A stretch of DNA of 64,000 nucleotides from Eledone cirrhosa (taxonomy: Eukaryota): NCBI GenBank assembly GCA_964016885.1, contig OZ024749.1:46686001-46750000 (forward strand), given 5' to 3'. Positions 41,731 to 59,087 of the stretch are shown in pieces. The first letter of the stretch is position 1. Each line of letters begins with the position of its first letter. Both the position numbers and the translations under genes were made by a program. The notes below the pieces were generated by a model. The model did no database searches. It saw only the letters and a program-made list of their open reading frames with translations, and had not been told where the DNA came from.

Positions 41731-41938
41731 ATGTTTGACCCTGACGGCAGGTTTTCGGGCTCAAAAATGTTCGTATTATATAAGAAAAAAGCGAGATGTT
41801 GGACGAAAAAAACCGCAACAGAAACAGAAACCCGCCATATCAATTTTACTTTTGAAAACGATAAGATTTGTTAAACCGGCAAATTAAATAAATAAATATT
41901 CTTAAAAGACTCCAGTTGCATTTTCAATTTGTTTACCT
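41731..41938 (+). mobile_element. Diverged relative of the 42.06-42.43 kb family with a decayed U3-A8 hammerhead
   Basis: TTGAAAA-cgataagatttgt-TAAA-CCGG-CA..aaataaata..aagactccagttgcattttcaattt parallels 42318-42410. Confidence 0.6.
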
Positions 41939-41979
41939 ATATATATATATGTGTATATGTGTGTATGTGTGTGTGTTTA

Positions 41980-42066
<87 letters not shown>

Positions 42067-42197
42067 GAGAGGTTTTTTTTACAAAATGAAAAATAACCGA
42101 GGTGTCCTACACGAGTGGAAGTATAAAGAAAAAGGGATGAAATCGAAAATGCAACCGAAGTCTTATTTTTTTTTTAAATATATATATTTATTTGGTT

Positions 42198-42235
42198 CCT
42201 TTACCGGTTTCGCAGTTCTTCTGCTTTTCAAAAGG
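42198..42235 (-). ncRNA. Minimal type I hammerhead, U3-A8 core
   Basis: RC: CCTT-TTGAAAA-GCAG-aagaa-CTGC-GAAA-CCGG-TA-AAGG. Confidence 0.85.
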
Positions 42236-42313
42236 TGAGTTGAGATGGAGGGTCTGTGGTTTTTCCTCACATCTCAGATGTGAGAAAAACCACAGACCCT
42301 CCATCTCAACTCA

Positions 42314-42351
42314 CCTTTTGAAAAGCAGAAGAACTGCGAAACCGGTAAAGG
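42314..42351 (+). ncRNA. Minimal type I hammerhead, U3-A8 core (mirror copy)
   Basis: CCTT-TTGAAAA-GCAG-aagaa-CTGC-GAAA-CCGG-TA-AAGG. Confidence 0.85.
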
Positions 42352-42420
42352 AACCAAATAAATATATATATTTAAAAAAAAAATAAGACTTCGGTTGCAT
42401 TTTCGATTTCATCCCTTTTT

Positions 42421-42485
<65 letters not shown>

Positions 42486-43317
42486 TATTCTGTTTTTCCG
42501 ATGACAGACCGAATGAGTTGAGGTCCAGTACCCAACGAAATTTAAGTAACTCTTTACGTCAATATTGTAATTATATATACTAAAAACATCACATGGACTG
42601 AGTGTCTAACACTTGGATACACTCTAACACTTGCATATTTCTACCAACATTCTACTACAGTTTATATATATATATATATGTATATATATAAATGAACATC
42701 CAAGAAATTTCGGCCTTCTTTCTTATGTATTTTTTATTTATTTTGATAAAACGCCACCAAATAGTTGAGAAGATTGTGCGGTGGTGAATGCTAAACGAAA
42801 AGTTAACATTGCTTGAAGTATATATTTTGTTTAAGTAGAATCTTCTTAATATTCTATATATATTGATTCTTGTTTAAATAGAATCAGGAGGGTTACGAGA
42901 GCAGGTCTCAAAAGGCACTACACTTAAACCTATTTTATATGTTTCAAACCATATTAAATATTCATTAAATCAAACATGAATATTGAGATCCACATGAATA
43001 TTGTGTTAATATTTCATTCACGCTCGTATCACATTTTGAATACATTTTTCTCTTTAATTTCCAATAGAAATTCGTTAAAATAACAATAAAATTGATAAGT
43101 CCGAAATCGCTTCAGGCACTGCTGTTGAATATTAAATTAATAGATTGAGTATCACCAAGATCTTTAATCACATTTAATCACACATAATGTTACGGTTTAT
43201 TAATAAAATTATATAAAAAATATGCCTGTGGCTGGCAGTTCCTTTTATTTAAACTTGTACTTCACTGAATGTAATCTGATGCACAACCCTTTAATTGCTC
43301 GGACATATATATATATA

Positions 43318-43370
<53 letters not shown>

Positions 43371-43601
43371 GTGTATGTGTGTATGTGTGTGTGTGTGTGT
43401 GTTTATGGCAGTGTGTCTGTATATATATATATATATATATATATTAGAATTGGTCCTCTGAAATTGCGATATATATATATGAATGTATGCATGCTTAATT
43501 AAAAGCATTTTCAAGACCTTACGCTATTATTTTATACTACGTCGAGTGCTCCAATCTGCATAATGAGATGTCGGTAAACAACCAAGAATTACTCAAAATG
43601 T

Positions 43602-43636
<35 letters not shown>

Positions 43637-43649
43637 AATATATATATAT

Positions 43650-43800
<151 letters not shown>

Positions 43801-43879
43801 TGAAAACAGGAAGAAAGAGACGATTATGAGGAAGAAACATATATTTTTTTCTTTTTTGTTTCTCTCTCTCTTTTTTTCT

Positions 43880-44980
43880 TTGTTAGAAAATGATTAAAAC
43901 GAAATGTTTTACTTTGTGTGGAGTGTTAAGTTATTAGTTGATTTATTCATTATTTAACAATGGCATTTATTTATCTATGTATATATATAATTATTGTTTA
44001 TAACAATGGCATTTATTTATCTATTTATATATTTAATTATTGTCTATTACCGGTTTCAGCATGTATATGCATTATCAAATGTTAGTGAAATGTATTAGTG
44101 CGGTGTCGCACATGTTAAACAGAAGGTGCAGAAAGAGTAATATTTACAAGCAAGGTTTAAGAAGTGAAAAGAAAAACGAAAAAGGAAAAAAAAACGTACA
44201 TAATGTGGAACGTAAAAAGACAACGTGGATGAAAAAATAATGTTATTTACAAGCACACTCATTGAAGTTAAGCAGATCAAAATGTATTAATATAGCAAGA
44301 GTGCTTAGTTGAACCATGGTTCCGTGATGGAGGCAATGGTGGACTGAGGTTTGATATGATTTCCCTTTTTAGAGAGTTAATATGCAGGGGGAAGCAATTC
44401 TTGCTGGGTGATATTTAAGTTATTTAAGAAAAAAGGATTAGGTAGGGTGTGAGGGAGGAAACTCTTGTAAATGTTTGATGGTTTGTTGCAGTTCTAGATT
44501 GGTCCGATTTTTAGAGCATTGAGTAGTGGTTGAAGTTTATTAATGCAATGTGCTTCCTTATTGGTATGTTAGATGAAAGTTGCGTTGTCTATGAATTTGT
44601 AAATGGGGAACAATTTTAAAGTTTGGATGTTGGTTGAGAGCACAATTGGCGATATGTTCACTAAATGCAATTTTTCTGTATTCCTGTATTTTAATTTGAG
44701 ATTTATGGACGGCCATACGTTGACGGAGGCTGTTTTTTGTCTGTCCTATGTAGTGCTCTTGACAACCTGAGCAGGTCAAAATTTGGATAAGGTTTTCACA
44801 TGCACATGTAAAGTTGTGTTGAACTGTGAAACATTGTCCTTGTTTAAAATGGAATGTTGAACCTTCTATTAGATTTATGTATATATCATAGTTGGGCCTT
44901 CCGCATTTTGTTACTGTAGGGTTCATTGTGAGGGTTTGTTGAATTTTGACTTCGTGAGGATGTTTTTTTATGGATTTGGA
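43880..44980 (-). mobile_element. PLE 3' fragment (Neptune-like GIY-YIG at ~44500-44980) with downstream pLTR; left boundary approximate
   Basis: KSIKNILTKSKF..CGRP..NFTCACENLIQILTCSGCQEHYIGQTKNSLRQRMAVHKSQI..SEHIANC. Confidence 0.85.
44044..44085 (-). ncRNA. Hammerhead-like motif, U3-A8 core, weak stem I
   Basis: RC: at-TTGATAA-tGCAT-atac-ATGCt-GAAA-CCGG-TA-at; lies 3' of the GIY-YIG ORF, where PLE HHRs are expected. Confidence 0.65.
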
Positions 44981-46142
<1,162 letters not shown>

Positions 46143-46143
<1 letters not shown>

Positions 46144-46330
46144 CGATATTAATAAATGGAAACTATATTTATAAAACCATATTTATTTCATTATATATAT
46201 TTCAAGGATACCAATTTACATTATGGTATGCCTTCATCAGACAAAATAAAATATATAACAGTTTTATAAATAGACATTGACGTACCCCTTTAAAAATTGA
46301 CCGTTGCTTTTGGAGGCCATCGGGATAGTG
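46143..46330 (-). mobile_element. Solo pLTR fragment of the Naiad-type family with an intact HHR (46184-46248)
   Basis: RC: TATTTTGT-CTGATGA-AGGcATACCA..TGGTATcCTT-GAAA-TATATA-TA-ATGAAATA. Confidence 0.88.
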
Positions 46331-46410
46331 ATTTGTTTACTTTAGTAAGTCATAGTGTTAAGAGTAAGTAAAAAGATGGAGAGAGAGAGAGAAACGTATA
46401 TATATATGTG

Positions 46411-46502
<92 letters not shown>

Positions 46503-46509
46503 CACACAT

Positions 46510-46565
<56 letters not shown>

Positions 46566-47014
46566 GGGGTAAAAGATTATTGTTATAAGGAGTCCACTTA
46601 AGTGTAGCCCAGTTAGGGTACTCCGAGTAGTGGATGATATATCAACGCTTGGCTAAGTTTGACTCAACAAGGCGTTTCCATAGTGATGCTGCGAGTACGC
46701 AGTAATTTCTATGTTGTTAACACCTGGAGTAATGATAAATCAGGAAAGAAGCGTGACACGGTTTGCTATACAAAAAAAAGTTTATAATAGTCATTGCTGA
46801 AAATTGTTTCTCTGAACTGGTAGGTCCAGAGATCGCTACCCGCTTGTGTTCACGTCATTCGATCACCAATACATAGTTGTATTCAGTCAATTCATCGGAG
46901 CTCTCACAAGCTCCGATGAATTGACTGTTTCCACGAACGAAAGTATCGTCTTCCTGTCTCACTACGGTTGCAACGTTTTTTGAAATATTCACTTCTGCGT
47001 TCACAGATTGACTT

Positions 47015-47670
<656 letters not shown>

Positions 47671-47674
47671 TATA

Positions 47675-48784
<1,110 letters not shown>

Positions 48785-49093
48785 CTCAACGTAATGTAGA
48801 AGATGTCGTGGAGAAAAGTTTAAAAAACAAAATTTCAACGACATAATTCAATTGGATACATACTCAAAATAGAAATATTAAAACAATGAAGTTAAACACA
48901 AAACTGATCATTTATATTGAAACTCATTATGTTACGATCGTTTCTGGGTGGTGGGTGGGGTGGGGGGTGGGGTGTTAGATCCGTGTATGTTCATTCAATT
49001 ATTGATGTATGTAAAACATATTACAAAATATCATAGTAAGAAAAAAGTACATACTTCTTCACTACGCTCCGTCTTAAGAAATATATATATGTG

Positions 49094-49225
49094 TAATTAG
49101 AAAGTGAACAACAAAAAATATAACTACTCCAGAAACCATTGGTAATGGAGTAGTTATATTTTGTGTTGTTCATTTTCCAATTAAAGACCACTCTTTTTGC
49201 TATGCTTTTCCTTCGGATTTAACTA

Positions 49226-49230
<5 letters not shown>
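49094..49230 (+). mobile_element. Small fold-back (arms ~49094-49131 / 49146-49183) plus tail; a related tail faces it across the microsatellite at ~49295-49350
   Basis: Direct inverted arms; gaccactctttttgctatgcttttcc versus RC gatcactccttttcctttgcttttcc. Confidence 0.6.
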
Positions 49231-49289
<59 letters not shown>

Positions 49290-50029
49290 ATATACGTTAG
49301 GTAATGTCGTAGGAAAAGCAAAGGAAAAGGAGTGATCTATGGATAGAACAGAACTATTTAATGCCATTAAATGTCACCGAGCAAAGGCAACACCGGAGTT
49401 GTCTTGAGAACAATGGTGATATGTATTAGTTTAACGCTTGATATATTAGGAAACTAGTTTTGAGGTTTCGTGAAGATTTTGGTACGCATTAATACATTTA
49501 AATATCATATGTGCTAATATAATTTTATCCATAATACTTCTCCAAATAAGCTGCGTGCTCTTTGTGCATGGCTACACATCTATTAATTTTGTTGAAAGAA
49601 AATGGATGCCTTAAACTGCACAGGAGTTAATCTGACGACCATATTTCCTATATCACTAAAGTGTTTTATAACTAATGCTGTGAATCTCAAAGCACCATTG
49701 TTGAGACGAATAGGAACTGTGACTTGAACAATGCACTCTTTTAGACAACAATACGTTAAATATGTGCTTAATACATGCAAAATATAAAGAGTTTATTATT
49801 CATAACTTTTATTAATAATTTATAACCGGAAATTTATATCATTTTAAAGTTTCCCTTTCAGGCGCGACTCGGTCATTTTGAACACACAGGCATACATAGA
49901 TCCACACACACACAAGAATGTACAATCATTGATTCAATAGAAAGGTTCATTCTGACAACAACTATGACAACTATATAAAAGTAGGTGACTACACGATATA
50001 TAGGACTATTCAAAAGAATTCGTAATATA

Positions 50030-50110
50030 ATCGGCTTGTCTCCCCACAGCGCCGGCGGGCAGAATGGAGAAGGGGTTTCCCCGGGAACGGCAAGGGAGAC
50101 GCGCTGGTAC
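50030..50110 (-). mobile_element. Short 3' fragment of the same CRE-like LINE as 3382-3700
   Basis: ccccacagccggcgggcagaatggagaaggggtttcccgggaacggcaagggagacgcgctgg matches 3397-3463. Confidence 0.8.
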
Positions 50111-50804
50111 CGCAGACGAGGGGTTTGCAAGCAATTTTGGTTTTATTTGTAGCCGAAGAACATATAGTATAGTGTTACTATCATTGCGTCGTATACGTAG
50201 TGGTGAAAATACTGGTGTCGATTCAATCGTCTAAATATCAATACGTTTGGCATTCTAACAAAACTGACCATTTTCATTTTATTTTATATCATAATATTAT
50301 ACTTACATTATAGCATATATGTTTATATTATAGCATAGTGTTTTGCTCTAAATATAGGTAAAATAAATATCGATTATTTTTTCTTTTTGTATCATACATA
50401 TTTATATTCCCGCTAAATGTGACATTTTATATAATTAGTCTCCGAAAAGGTTAATTGAACAAATACTAGCAAAATCCCTATGGGAATTAAATCTGAAAAG
50501 AGATAATTCTCAAAAGAAAATGTTATTCTTATGTATATATATATAGAAAATATGATTATAGAAAAGAAAGATAATAAATTTCTTTCCTGATAGAGTGTCT
50601 ATGGTTAGTGATGAGATTGATCAAGTTATATGAAACTTGCTATTTGCACTTTTCTAAAAGTTATGCTAGTTTTGATTTAATTGTGCGGCAGGCTATTGCA
50701 TATTTTTACAATGTATATCTAAAAGGTAAGTAATACAGTGGCATAATTCAAATATTACAGTTCATGCTATAGATATTAGCTACCCATTAGGCAGGTAGTC
50801 TTTC

Positions 50805-51034
50805 GCTCGTTGCTAGACCTGATAGATACTAGACATAAATAGTACTGAAAATATCCACTCTACAGTCCAGTAACTGAAAGCAATGGAGGCTTTAATTGAA
50901 TATTGCTTCAATCAATAGTCAGTAGCTCGTTGCTAGACCTGTTAGATATAAGAGAGAAAATGTCCTGAAAATATCCACTCTACAGTCCAGTAACTGAAAG
51001 CAATGGAATCTGTAGTTGAATATTGCTTCAATCA
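50805..51034. repeat. 120-bp-period tandem duplication
   Basis: gctcgttgctagacctg...tattgcttcaatca at 50805 and 50925. Confidence 0.9.
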
Positions 51035-51081
51035 TTCATAGAACAGTTTATTAAAATGAAACATTATATTATACTAACAAT

Positions 51082-51272
51082 GGCGATGGATTGGCAGTAT
51101 CGGTAGAAGGTCAACGCCATGCTTTGGCGCATAGAGTTACGGCCCTTGCCATTGTGAGTTCAAATCCCACCGAGGTTAATTTGCCTTTCATCATTACGGT
51201 GTCGATAAAATAAAGAACCAGTAATGCCCTAGGTAATTGCTGGCCTTGTGCCAACAAGTAGAAACAATTATA
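51082..51272 (+). mobile_element. tRNA-derived SINE (same family)
   Basis: As 26184-26376. Confidence 0.9.
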
Positions 51273-51496
51273 TTATACTTACAGAACTCAGATGCGATTA
51301 ACCCCCGAACATAGTAATTGCGCTGATAATTGCATCATTTTAGCCTTTGAATTATGTATGTGTATCTCTATATATGTGTGTATGTATTATGTATCAGCTT
51401 ATAAAATATATATTGAAGTATTCAAAGAATTCTCGCTGCAAACTAAATTTGCTCAAACATCATTTTACATCGTCAGAATACCCAGATCAACTTTAG

Positions 51497-51552
<56 letters not shown>

Positions 51553-51577
51553 CTTAAATATATATATTTATATTACT

Positions 51578-51646
<69 letters not shown>

Positions 51647-52049
51647 GAAATATATTAAATAAGATTTCATATAGACCTTTCGTCTCCACATGGCATTACT
51701 ATAATCTAAACAATATTCCGATTTCATCGCTTATATCCATCTGTTCAAAATAAATTTTAGATATGAAATTTTGTAATTTCATCACGTTTCTGCACCACAT
51801 TTCGTTTCGAATTTAAGTATTTAACTTTCAGTTCATTTTAGCTGGAAGTTATATATTATGTTTTAATAACGGTGAAAGATCAAAGTGTATATAGCTAACT
51901 AAATTTAGCAATATTTTGGAGCTTTTCGTTCTAGTGTGCTTATATATAAAAAAACACACAACAGAGAAAGACACCGACGCTTATATATATATCTATATCT
52001 ATCTATCTATCTATATATCTATCTATCTATCTATATATCTATCTATCTG

Positions 52050-52099
<50 letters not shown>

Positions 52100-52102
<3 letters not shown>

Positions 52103-52403
52103 GATATTAAACAAATGGAAACTATATCTATAAAACCATATTTATTTCGTTATATATATTTCTGGGATATCATATTAAAAATATGGTATGCCTTCCTCAG
52201 ACAAAATACAATACATAAGCCGTTTTATAAATAATTTTGACATACCTTATAATAATGCAACTTCCATTTAAAAAGTTTATTTGGTTATAAATATAGTTTC
52301 CATTTGTTTAATATCGTAAACCTACTCCAGAAACTGTTGAGTGCTTTTATATCAGTTATAAAATATTTACTCGTTGTACCCTAACCATTTTAAATAAAAC
52401 TGT

Positions 52404-52405
<2 letters not shown>
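52100..52405. mobile_element. Asymmetric fold-back of the Naiad-type pLTR family; HHR on the minus strand at 52143-52208; tail on the right
   Basis: RC: TATTTTGT-CTGAGGA-aGGcATACCATAT..ATATGATATcCCa-GAAA-TATATA-TA-ACGAAATA; right arm from ~52285. Confidence 0.85.
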
Positions 52406-52447
<42 letters not shown>

Positions 52448-52479
52448 TTACATGAATAAATATACATATTTATGTACAC

Positions 52480-52630
<151 letters not shown>

Positions 52631-52847
52631 TCTGCGTGTATGTATGCGTGTCTGCATATGCGTGTGTATGCATAACTATACATGGATATGTAGAATTGAT
52701 ATCGTTGAGTAGTGGAATAAATCCATATGCGTGCTTTGAAAAAAAATTCATATACGGTTGCTTTGAAACAATCAATATATTTTACTGAATATCCACATGA
52801 AATGTAATCTATCCAATAAACTGAATTTTGAATTTACTCGGTGACAA

Positions 52848-53256
<409 letters not shown>

Positions 53257-53350
53257 AATGAGCAACATATTCTAACTACCGTAATTTGCTTAATTAAATA
53301 CACCCACACACACACCTATATATATACACACACGCGCACATATATATTTG

Positions 53351-53452
<102 letters not shown>

Positions 53453-54809
53453 TACGTACATATCTCTGTGTGTTATATAGTCTCTGTGTATCTAGGTATG
53501 TGTGTGCATGTGTTTCTATATGTCGGAGAGAGGGAGAGAAAGGAAGAGAAAGTGAAAAAGAGAGAGAGGCACAGTCAGTTTGATGGACACATCATCTCAT
53601 ACGGTTATGTGCCTAATTACTATCACCGACATTAATAAATATTTCTTTCTTCGGTTTGTTATCTCTGTATCGTTGGAATCAGTCTGTAACGAAAAACAAT
53701 CTTTGAAATTTTCAAGAACATATTCCTCGTGTCTGATCTCTGGATAAGCAGTTAATTTCAACAAGACTATCGCATTAAGAAAATATCAAAGATGTCACCT
53801 TAGCGAAAGTAATATGATATCTTATGATCTCTTGTAAAACGGAGATATATTGATTTACAGATACTGATGTCTATACAATGACTACGATGTGAAGTTTTGT
53901 TATTTGATGAGTTGAAGTAAAATATTACGTTTTGGAAGATAAGATGTAAATTTTATGATTTATAACTTTGGCAGGAGACCAACTCTTCTGATTTTTTTAG
54001 TTGATGGTTGTGATTATAGTTGATCGAACCGTTCATCATATATGTCTAGCAACATAGATAATGATACTCACTCAGATGCATTTCATATTACCTCTAACAC
54101 GTGTGTTATTTACAAGCCCAACATATTTTGAATGACATTGATATACATTCTTAATTCGATTCTAATGTGCACGGGCTATATCCGGAATGGTGAAAGCCAA
54201 AATGAATCCTTAGTGGATTAATTTGATGTAGGTATGCTGGCAGGCGTCCTATTGGATAAATGTTAACAATAATTATTTATTTAACTACGGGTTAGTGTAA
54301 TTATTGAAATTCATTTATTATATAATGTGTGTGTGGTGCACAATAGAAAGTATCAGTGACCAGTATGTTCCTAGTTTATACATGGTATATATGCTAGCAG
54401 TTAATGATAAACGAATGCAAACTTGCATTTAGTCATTTGACTAAAGTTAGAATGTAGAAACGATTGTCGTTTGATAATTTTTGAAACCATTATATCAAAC
54501 ATGTTCAAAGCTCATATTCAACGAATCGGCAGTCCCTCATTCCATCGAGAGTAATCATGTATATGTTACGACCTATTAGACATTGTGCAACCTTGGAAAT
54601 ATGTTATGTAAAATCCTTAAATGAAAAGATATAATGAATGGAAAGATGCATTTTTCTTCTGTGTTAATCAGAGCAGTGATTACTATTCTCTAAACTATAT
54701 ATTTATCGATGAATATTCGTGTGCATTTATTCAGTTTAAATACGCCATCATTGATTGTAGTTAATTGCATATTGTATCTTAATCCTTCAAATGTCTGATA
54801 CATTCGCTT

Positions 54810-55057
54810 ATATATTGGGTTAACATGTCTTACTTTGTAGTGCTGTATTGCCAATTCTAACTTAGATGGTCAACAATATATGTTTTTAAACACAGTAAAA
54901 TCTAAGCAATATCGCCTTGAAAATAGTGAGTAGTGTATCATTATATGTCAGTGACAATCCCGAAAGCAAATACATAGAGATGCAGACCCACATCCATAAA
55001 CATTCAAACATTCAGATAGACACACAGAGGCATACACAGGCACACACAGGCACACCC

Positions 55058-55112
<55 letters not shown>

Positions 55113-55254
55113 AACAACCATAATCGATGGTCGAAATTTGGACAGAGTAACTTCTGTTACATCGAAATCATATTTGCGTTCTATATGACGTGTATCGATT
55201 AACCTAAGAATCTAAATATTAGGTGATCAAATACACATAATTTACGTGGGAGAG
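54810..55254 (+). repeat. Dispersed direct duplication, copy 2
   Basis: See 52848-53256. Confidence 0.9.
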
Positions 55255-56336
55255 TCCTGTCAATACCAGTATATCACAAATAACAAAGGAAGACTGCAGC
55301 ACCACTGCTTAAAATTATAGATATTAATAGCAGATACGTGTCTCTTAAAATACATTTAAATGTCTAACAGAGAAAAATATATCGTATATTTTAGTCGTGG
55401 TGATGCAGAATATACCCTAGATAATGTAAGGTTCGTGTGATCAAAATTAACGTGAATAAACATCTATGTGCATTTCAACGGTAATGTAAGTATTGAAATA
55501 TATCTTTTCAATCATAAGGTACTGATATTTATCCTGATTTGATTCAACACGCATCCTCAAGCTTCTATAAATTTACTAGAGTTCAATCTGTTGTAAGCAT
55601 ATCATTTAGATTTCCGGTACGGTGCATATGTTAGTATGTTCTTCTCAGAGTGTTCGGAGAGAATGTGAAAGATGCTATACAGAAAGCTAAGGTTTCTGGA
55701 GAAACATTTAAAAAAAAACAGAAATCTGATTTTATCAAAATTTCCTACTTCATTCCCCGTTTGGAAGACCATTTCTACAATCAACAATATATAAGAAGAA
55801 CAAATACCAGGTAATTCAATTGGTTTACATGTCATAGCTGAAAGGTGTAAAGGAAGATTCTGAATCATTACAATGTGTGGTTTGAAAGATGAACCATGGA
55901 GACACGCACACATGAGATAGGTGATGCTGTTATTTATATGCTCACTTTCTATATCTATTATCCATATACGAACATTTAATTAAATTTAAATATTTTGCAC
56001 TTTAACTACAACACTTCATTTATACTGATTTAAATATATTTTCTTTTACTTGGTCAACTTCCTTCAGACTTGCGCCTGCGCAGAACAGTGGGGGTGAATT
56101 ATGACTCACAAGGGAACGGGCGAAGAATTCAAGAGCACACGCTTTGTCCGTTCCCATGTCCATTCAATTTGGATTGCCTCGCAAAACATAACCTTATTAT
56201 GTAAGAAGATGTATGATGATGTCACGGCACTGGGCACACCGAAGCGTATGGCCACTGTCGTCATTGAAATATGTATCACAGTAATATCATTAAAAGACTT
56301 TAACATCTGAAACTACTTCGCTTATCTTATTCTCTC

Positions 56337-56418
<82 letters not shown>

Positions 56419-58165
56419 CATATAGGCATCTATATGGGTGTGTGAATGTGTAAATGAGTGTGTGTATGGATATATTTGAAGAATCTGGTGGCATACATGT
56501 AAGGCAAGGTCGGTGACACAGCATGTTCTCAACTGGATGGTTGGATCAGTTAAATGAGTAAACGAGCATGTCAGAGGATATGCTGAATGAGGATACTGAT
56601 GGTGCAAATTGTTGTTTACATTCATTTCCAAAATAATGCCTGAAAACATTTTCAAAATGAGAGAACACTGTTAGTGTATTCTAGATTCCTATAAATTACA
56701 AGCGAAACAGTTCATATCTTGACAGTTACAACCCGATGGGGACAAGTCATTCGATTTATCTTATGTTGTTAAATCTTCCTAAGCATAACGTAGACTCAAT
56801 AATACTGTCAGTGGTTTCATTGCTGTATGTATGCGGCTAGGCTTTTGATTGCGGTATCCTTTGATTTGCCAAACCCACATGACATGTCATATATTCCTAT
56901 ATGTGTAAAATGAAAGAAATATTCGTTGAATAAATTATATAATTCTCTTTTAACCATTCATGGCTGGTATTTGATGAAGCCAATACCCAACAAGCAACGA
57001 TTTATAGAAATGAAGTAGCTAATTCTTTATTCAGTAATATGTAATTCCTCCTTTTATTTTCTAACGTGCTCTGCTCGATCCCGTGTACTTTAACCCCACA
57101 TCAAAAGTTGGAATCCTAGAATATTTCTATTCCAATAACCTCGAAAATTATGAAAATCACCGTTACATCACATATTTAAATATATACATATAATTGCGGC
57201 TCAAATGCTTCCTTGCCTAGTCTTGAAAATAATATGCTTTCTTCATTTATTTTCAGGCAACAATATTATCTAACTTCACCTCACGCAATTAATTACGAAA
57301 TCGTTGTCCTTGAAGTTCTCAATCCTCATAATCTTTCATGAAACTCGAATTAACTTTATAATTGTGTCACAAAAGCAGGACACTAATATGTTGTAATTAT
57401 CAGAGTTCTACATGAAAGAGTTTCAACCCCTAACAAGCTGACAAGCCATACACACGTTATCCTTCCTATACACAAAATTCCAAACGTCAATACATTATAA
57501 CAATCGGCTCATGTTTTGATCTGCTTAAGCTCCAATTTATCGGTACTATAATTGTACATCATCGTATTGTATTTTGAACAAGCCCAAACTGATTTATAAC
57601 AGACGAAATAATGTAACTGGCTGTAACACTGTCCGTGTTATGCTAAATATTCTCGCCGGTATAAGCGCAGTTAATCCATTTGAATCTTCATGTCAGCAAC
57701 CAAAATCACACTCAACATCGGTTCTGAGTGTAATATGCGATCATATATTACAGAGTTATATGACATTTAATACAATAACACCGATATAAATTGAAACATG
57801 TAATAGAATCTCTTCAAAATCACGCACACGCACAAAACCAGTAACAACACTTACTTGTGTGTGAATGTGAGATAGCATATATATTTACATCAGAACCTAA
57901 CATTCGCAATGCATTTATTAAATGTAAACAACTCATAATTTATTAAAGTACATACAGTTTGAGTCAATTATAGTACATTCACTGCATCAAATATATACAA
58001 GCTGGGTCTAGCTCAATTATTACCAGCTTTGAGCTGGTTATGAATATTTGAGGGTATATCAAATTAGATCTAACATATTCAACTCACTATTGGAATATGA
58101 AAAATGGTCGTCTACCAATTTGTCAATAAGTAATTACAGACATACATGCGTACACATATACTTAT

Positions 58166-58259
<94 letters not shown>

Positions 58260-58277
58260 CTGTGTGTGTATATAAGT

Positions 58278-58765
58278 ATTGTCAGTGGTGAAGATGTAGT
58301 GTTAATGGTGGTGGTGGTGGTATAGGATATAGTGTCGGTGGTGAAGATGTAGTGTTAATGGTGGTGGTGGTGATGGTATAGGATATAGTGTCAGTGGTGA
58401 AGATCTAGGGTTAATGGTGATGGTGGAGGGTGTTGTGCATGTGGTGTTGGTGGTGGTGGTATAGGATACGGTGCCGGTGGTGACGATGTAGTGTTAATGG
58501 TGGTGGTGGTATACGGTGTAGTGTCTGTGATGAAGATATGTTAATGGTGGTGCTTGTGGTGGTGTTGATGTTAACAGTATAGGTTGTAGTGCCTGTGGTG
58601 AAGATGTAGTGTTGTTGGTGATGATGGTGGTGGCGGGGTTGATGTTGATGGGAATGGTACAGGTTGTAGAATGTATGTGGTGATGTTGTAGTGGTGAGGT
58701 TGTAGGTGTAATAGGGTGTAGGGTGTTATAACAAGTGATGGTATAGGTGTTGGTGGATGGTATGT
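58278..58765. repeat. Degenerate GT-rich minisatellite (~50-57-bp unit)
   Basis: gtc(a/g)gtggtgaagatgtagtgttaatggtggtggt..tataggatatagt repeated. Confidence 0.85.
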
Positions 58766-58834
58766 TATATATGGTAGCATTGGCAAACATATTAGTGGTT
58801 CAAGGTTTCCTTGAATAGTCAAGGAAAACTTTAA

Positions 58835-59078
58835 CCATTAAGGTATCTTTTTCTTGGTTATGTCAACATGTATAAAATCGAATTTTGTATTTTATCTGAT
58901 GAGAGCGTACCAACGTTTTGGTTCCCTTGAAATATATATAATAGACTAAATATGGTTTTATAAATATCGTTTCCATTTATTGAATATTATACTCTAGAAA
59001 ACTTGTTGAGTGCTCTGAAACAGTTATACACATTTATATTTGTTGAATTACCAACAAATTGAATATCCCATTTGCTTA
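58835..59078 (+). mobile_element. Diverged pLTR fragment of the Naiad-type family; HHR at 58888-58948
   Basis: tttat-CTGATGA-GAGcgtACCAA-cgtt-TTGGTtccCTT-GAAA-TATATA-TA-ataga; ACTC..GAGTGC tail at 58991-59013. Confidence 0.8.
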
Positions 59079-59087
59079 TATATATAT

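Larger units (their letters stand above)
42062..42427. mobile_element. Near-perfect ~305-bp palindrome (42122-42427) plus a left tail, between (TA)n tracts
   Basis: Arms are reverse complements except for a 1-nt indel near the centre. Confidence 0.95.

Noticed and set aside
58278-58765. CRISPR-like or telomere-like periodic array
   Set aside because: Degenerate GT-rich minisatellite with no unique spacers and no TTAGGG
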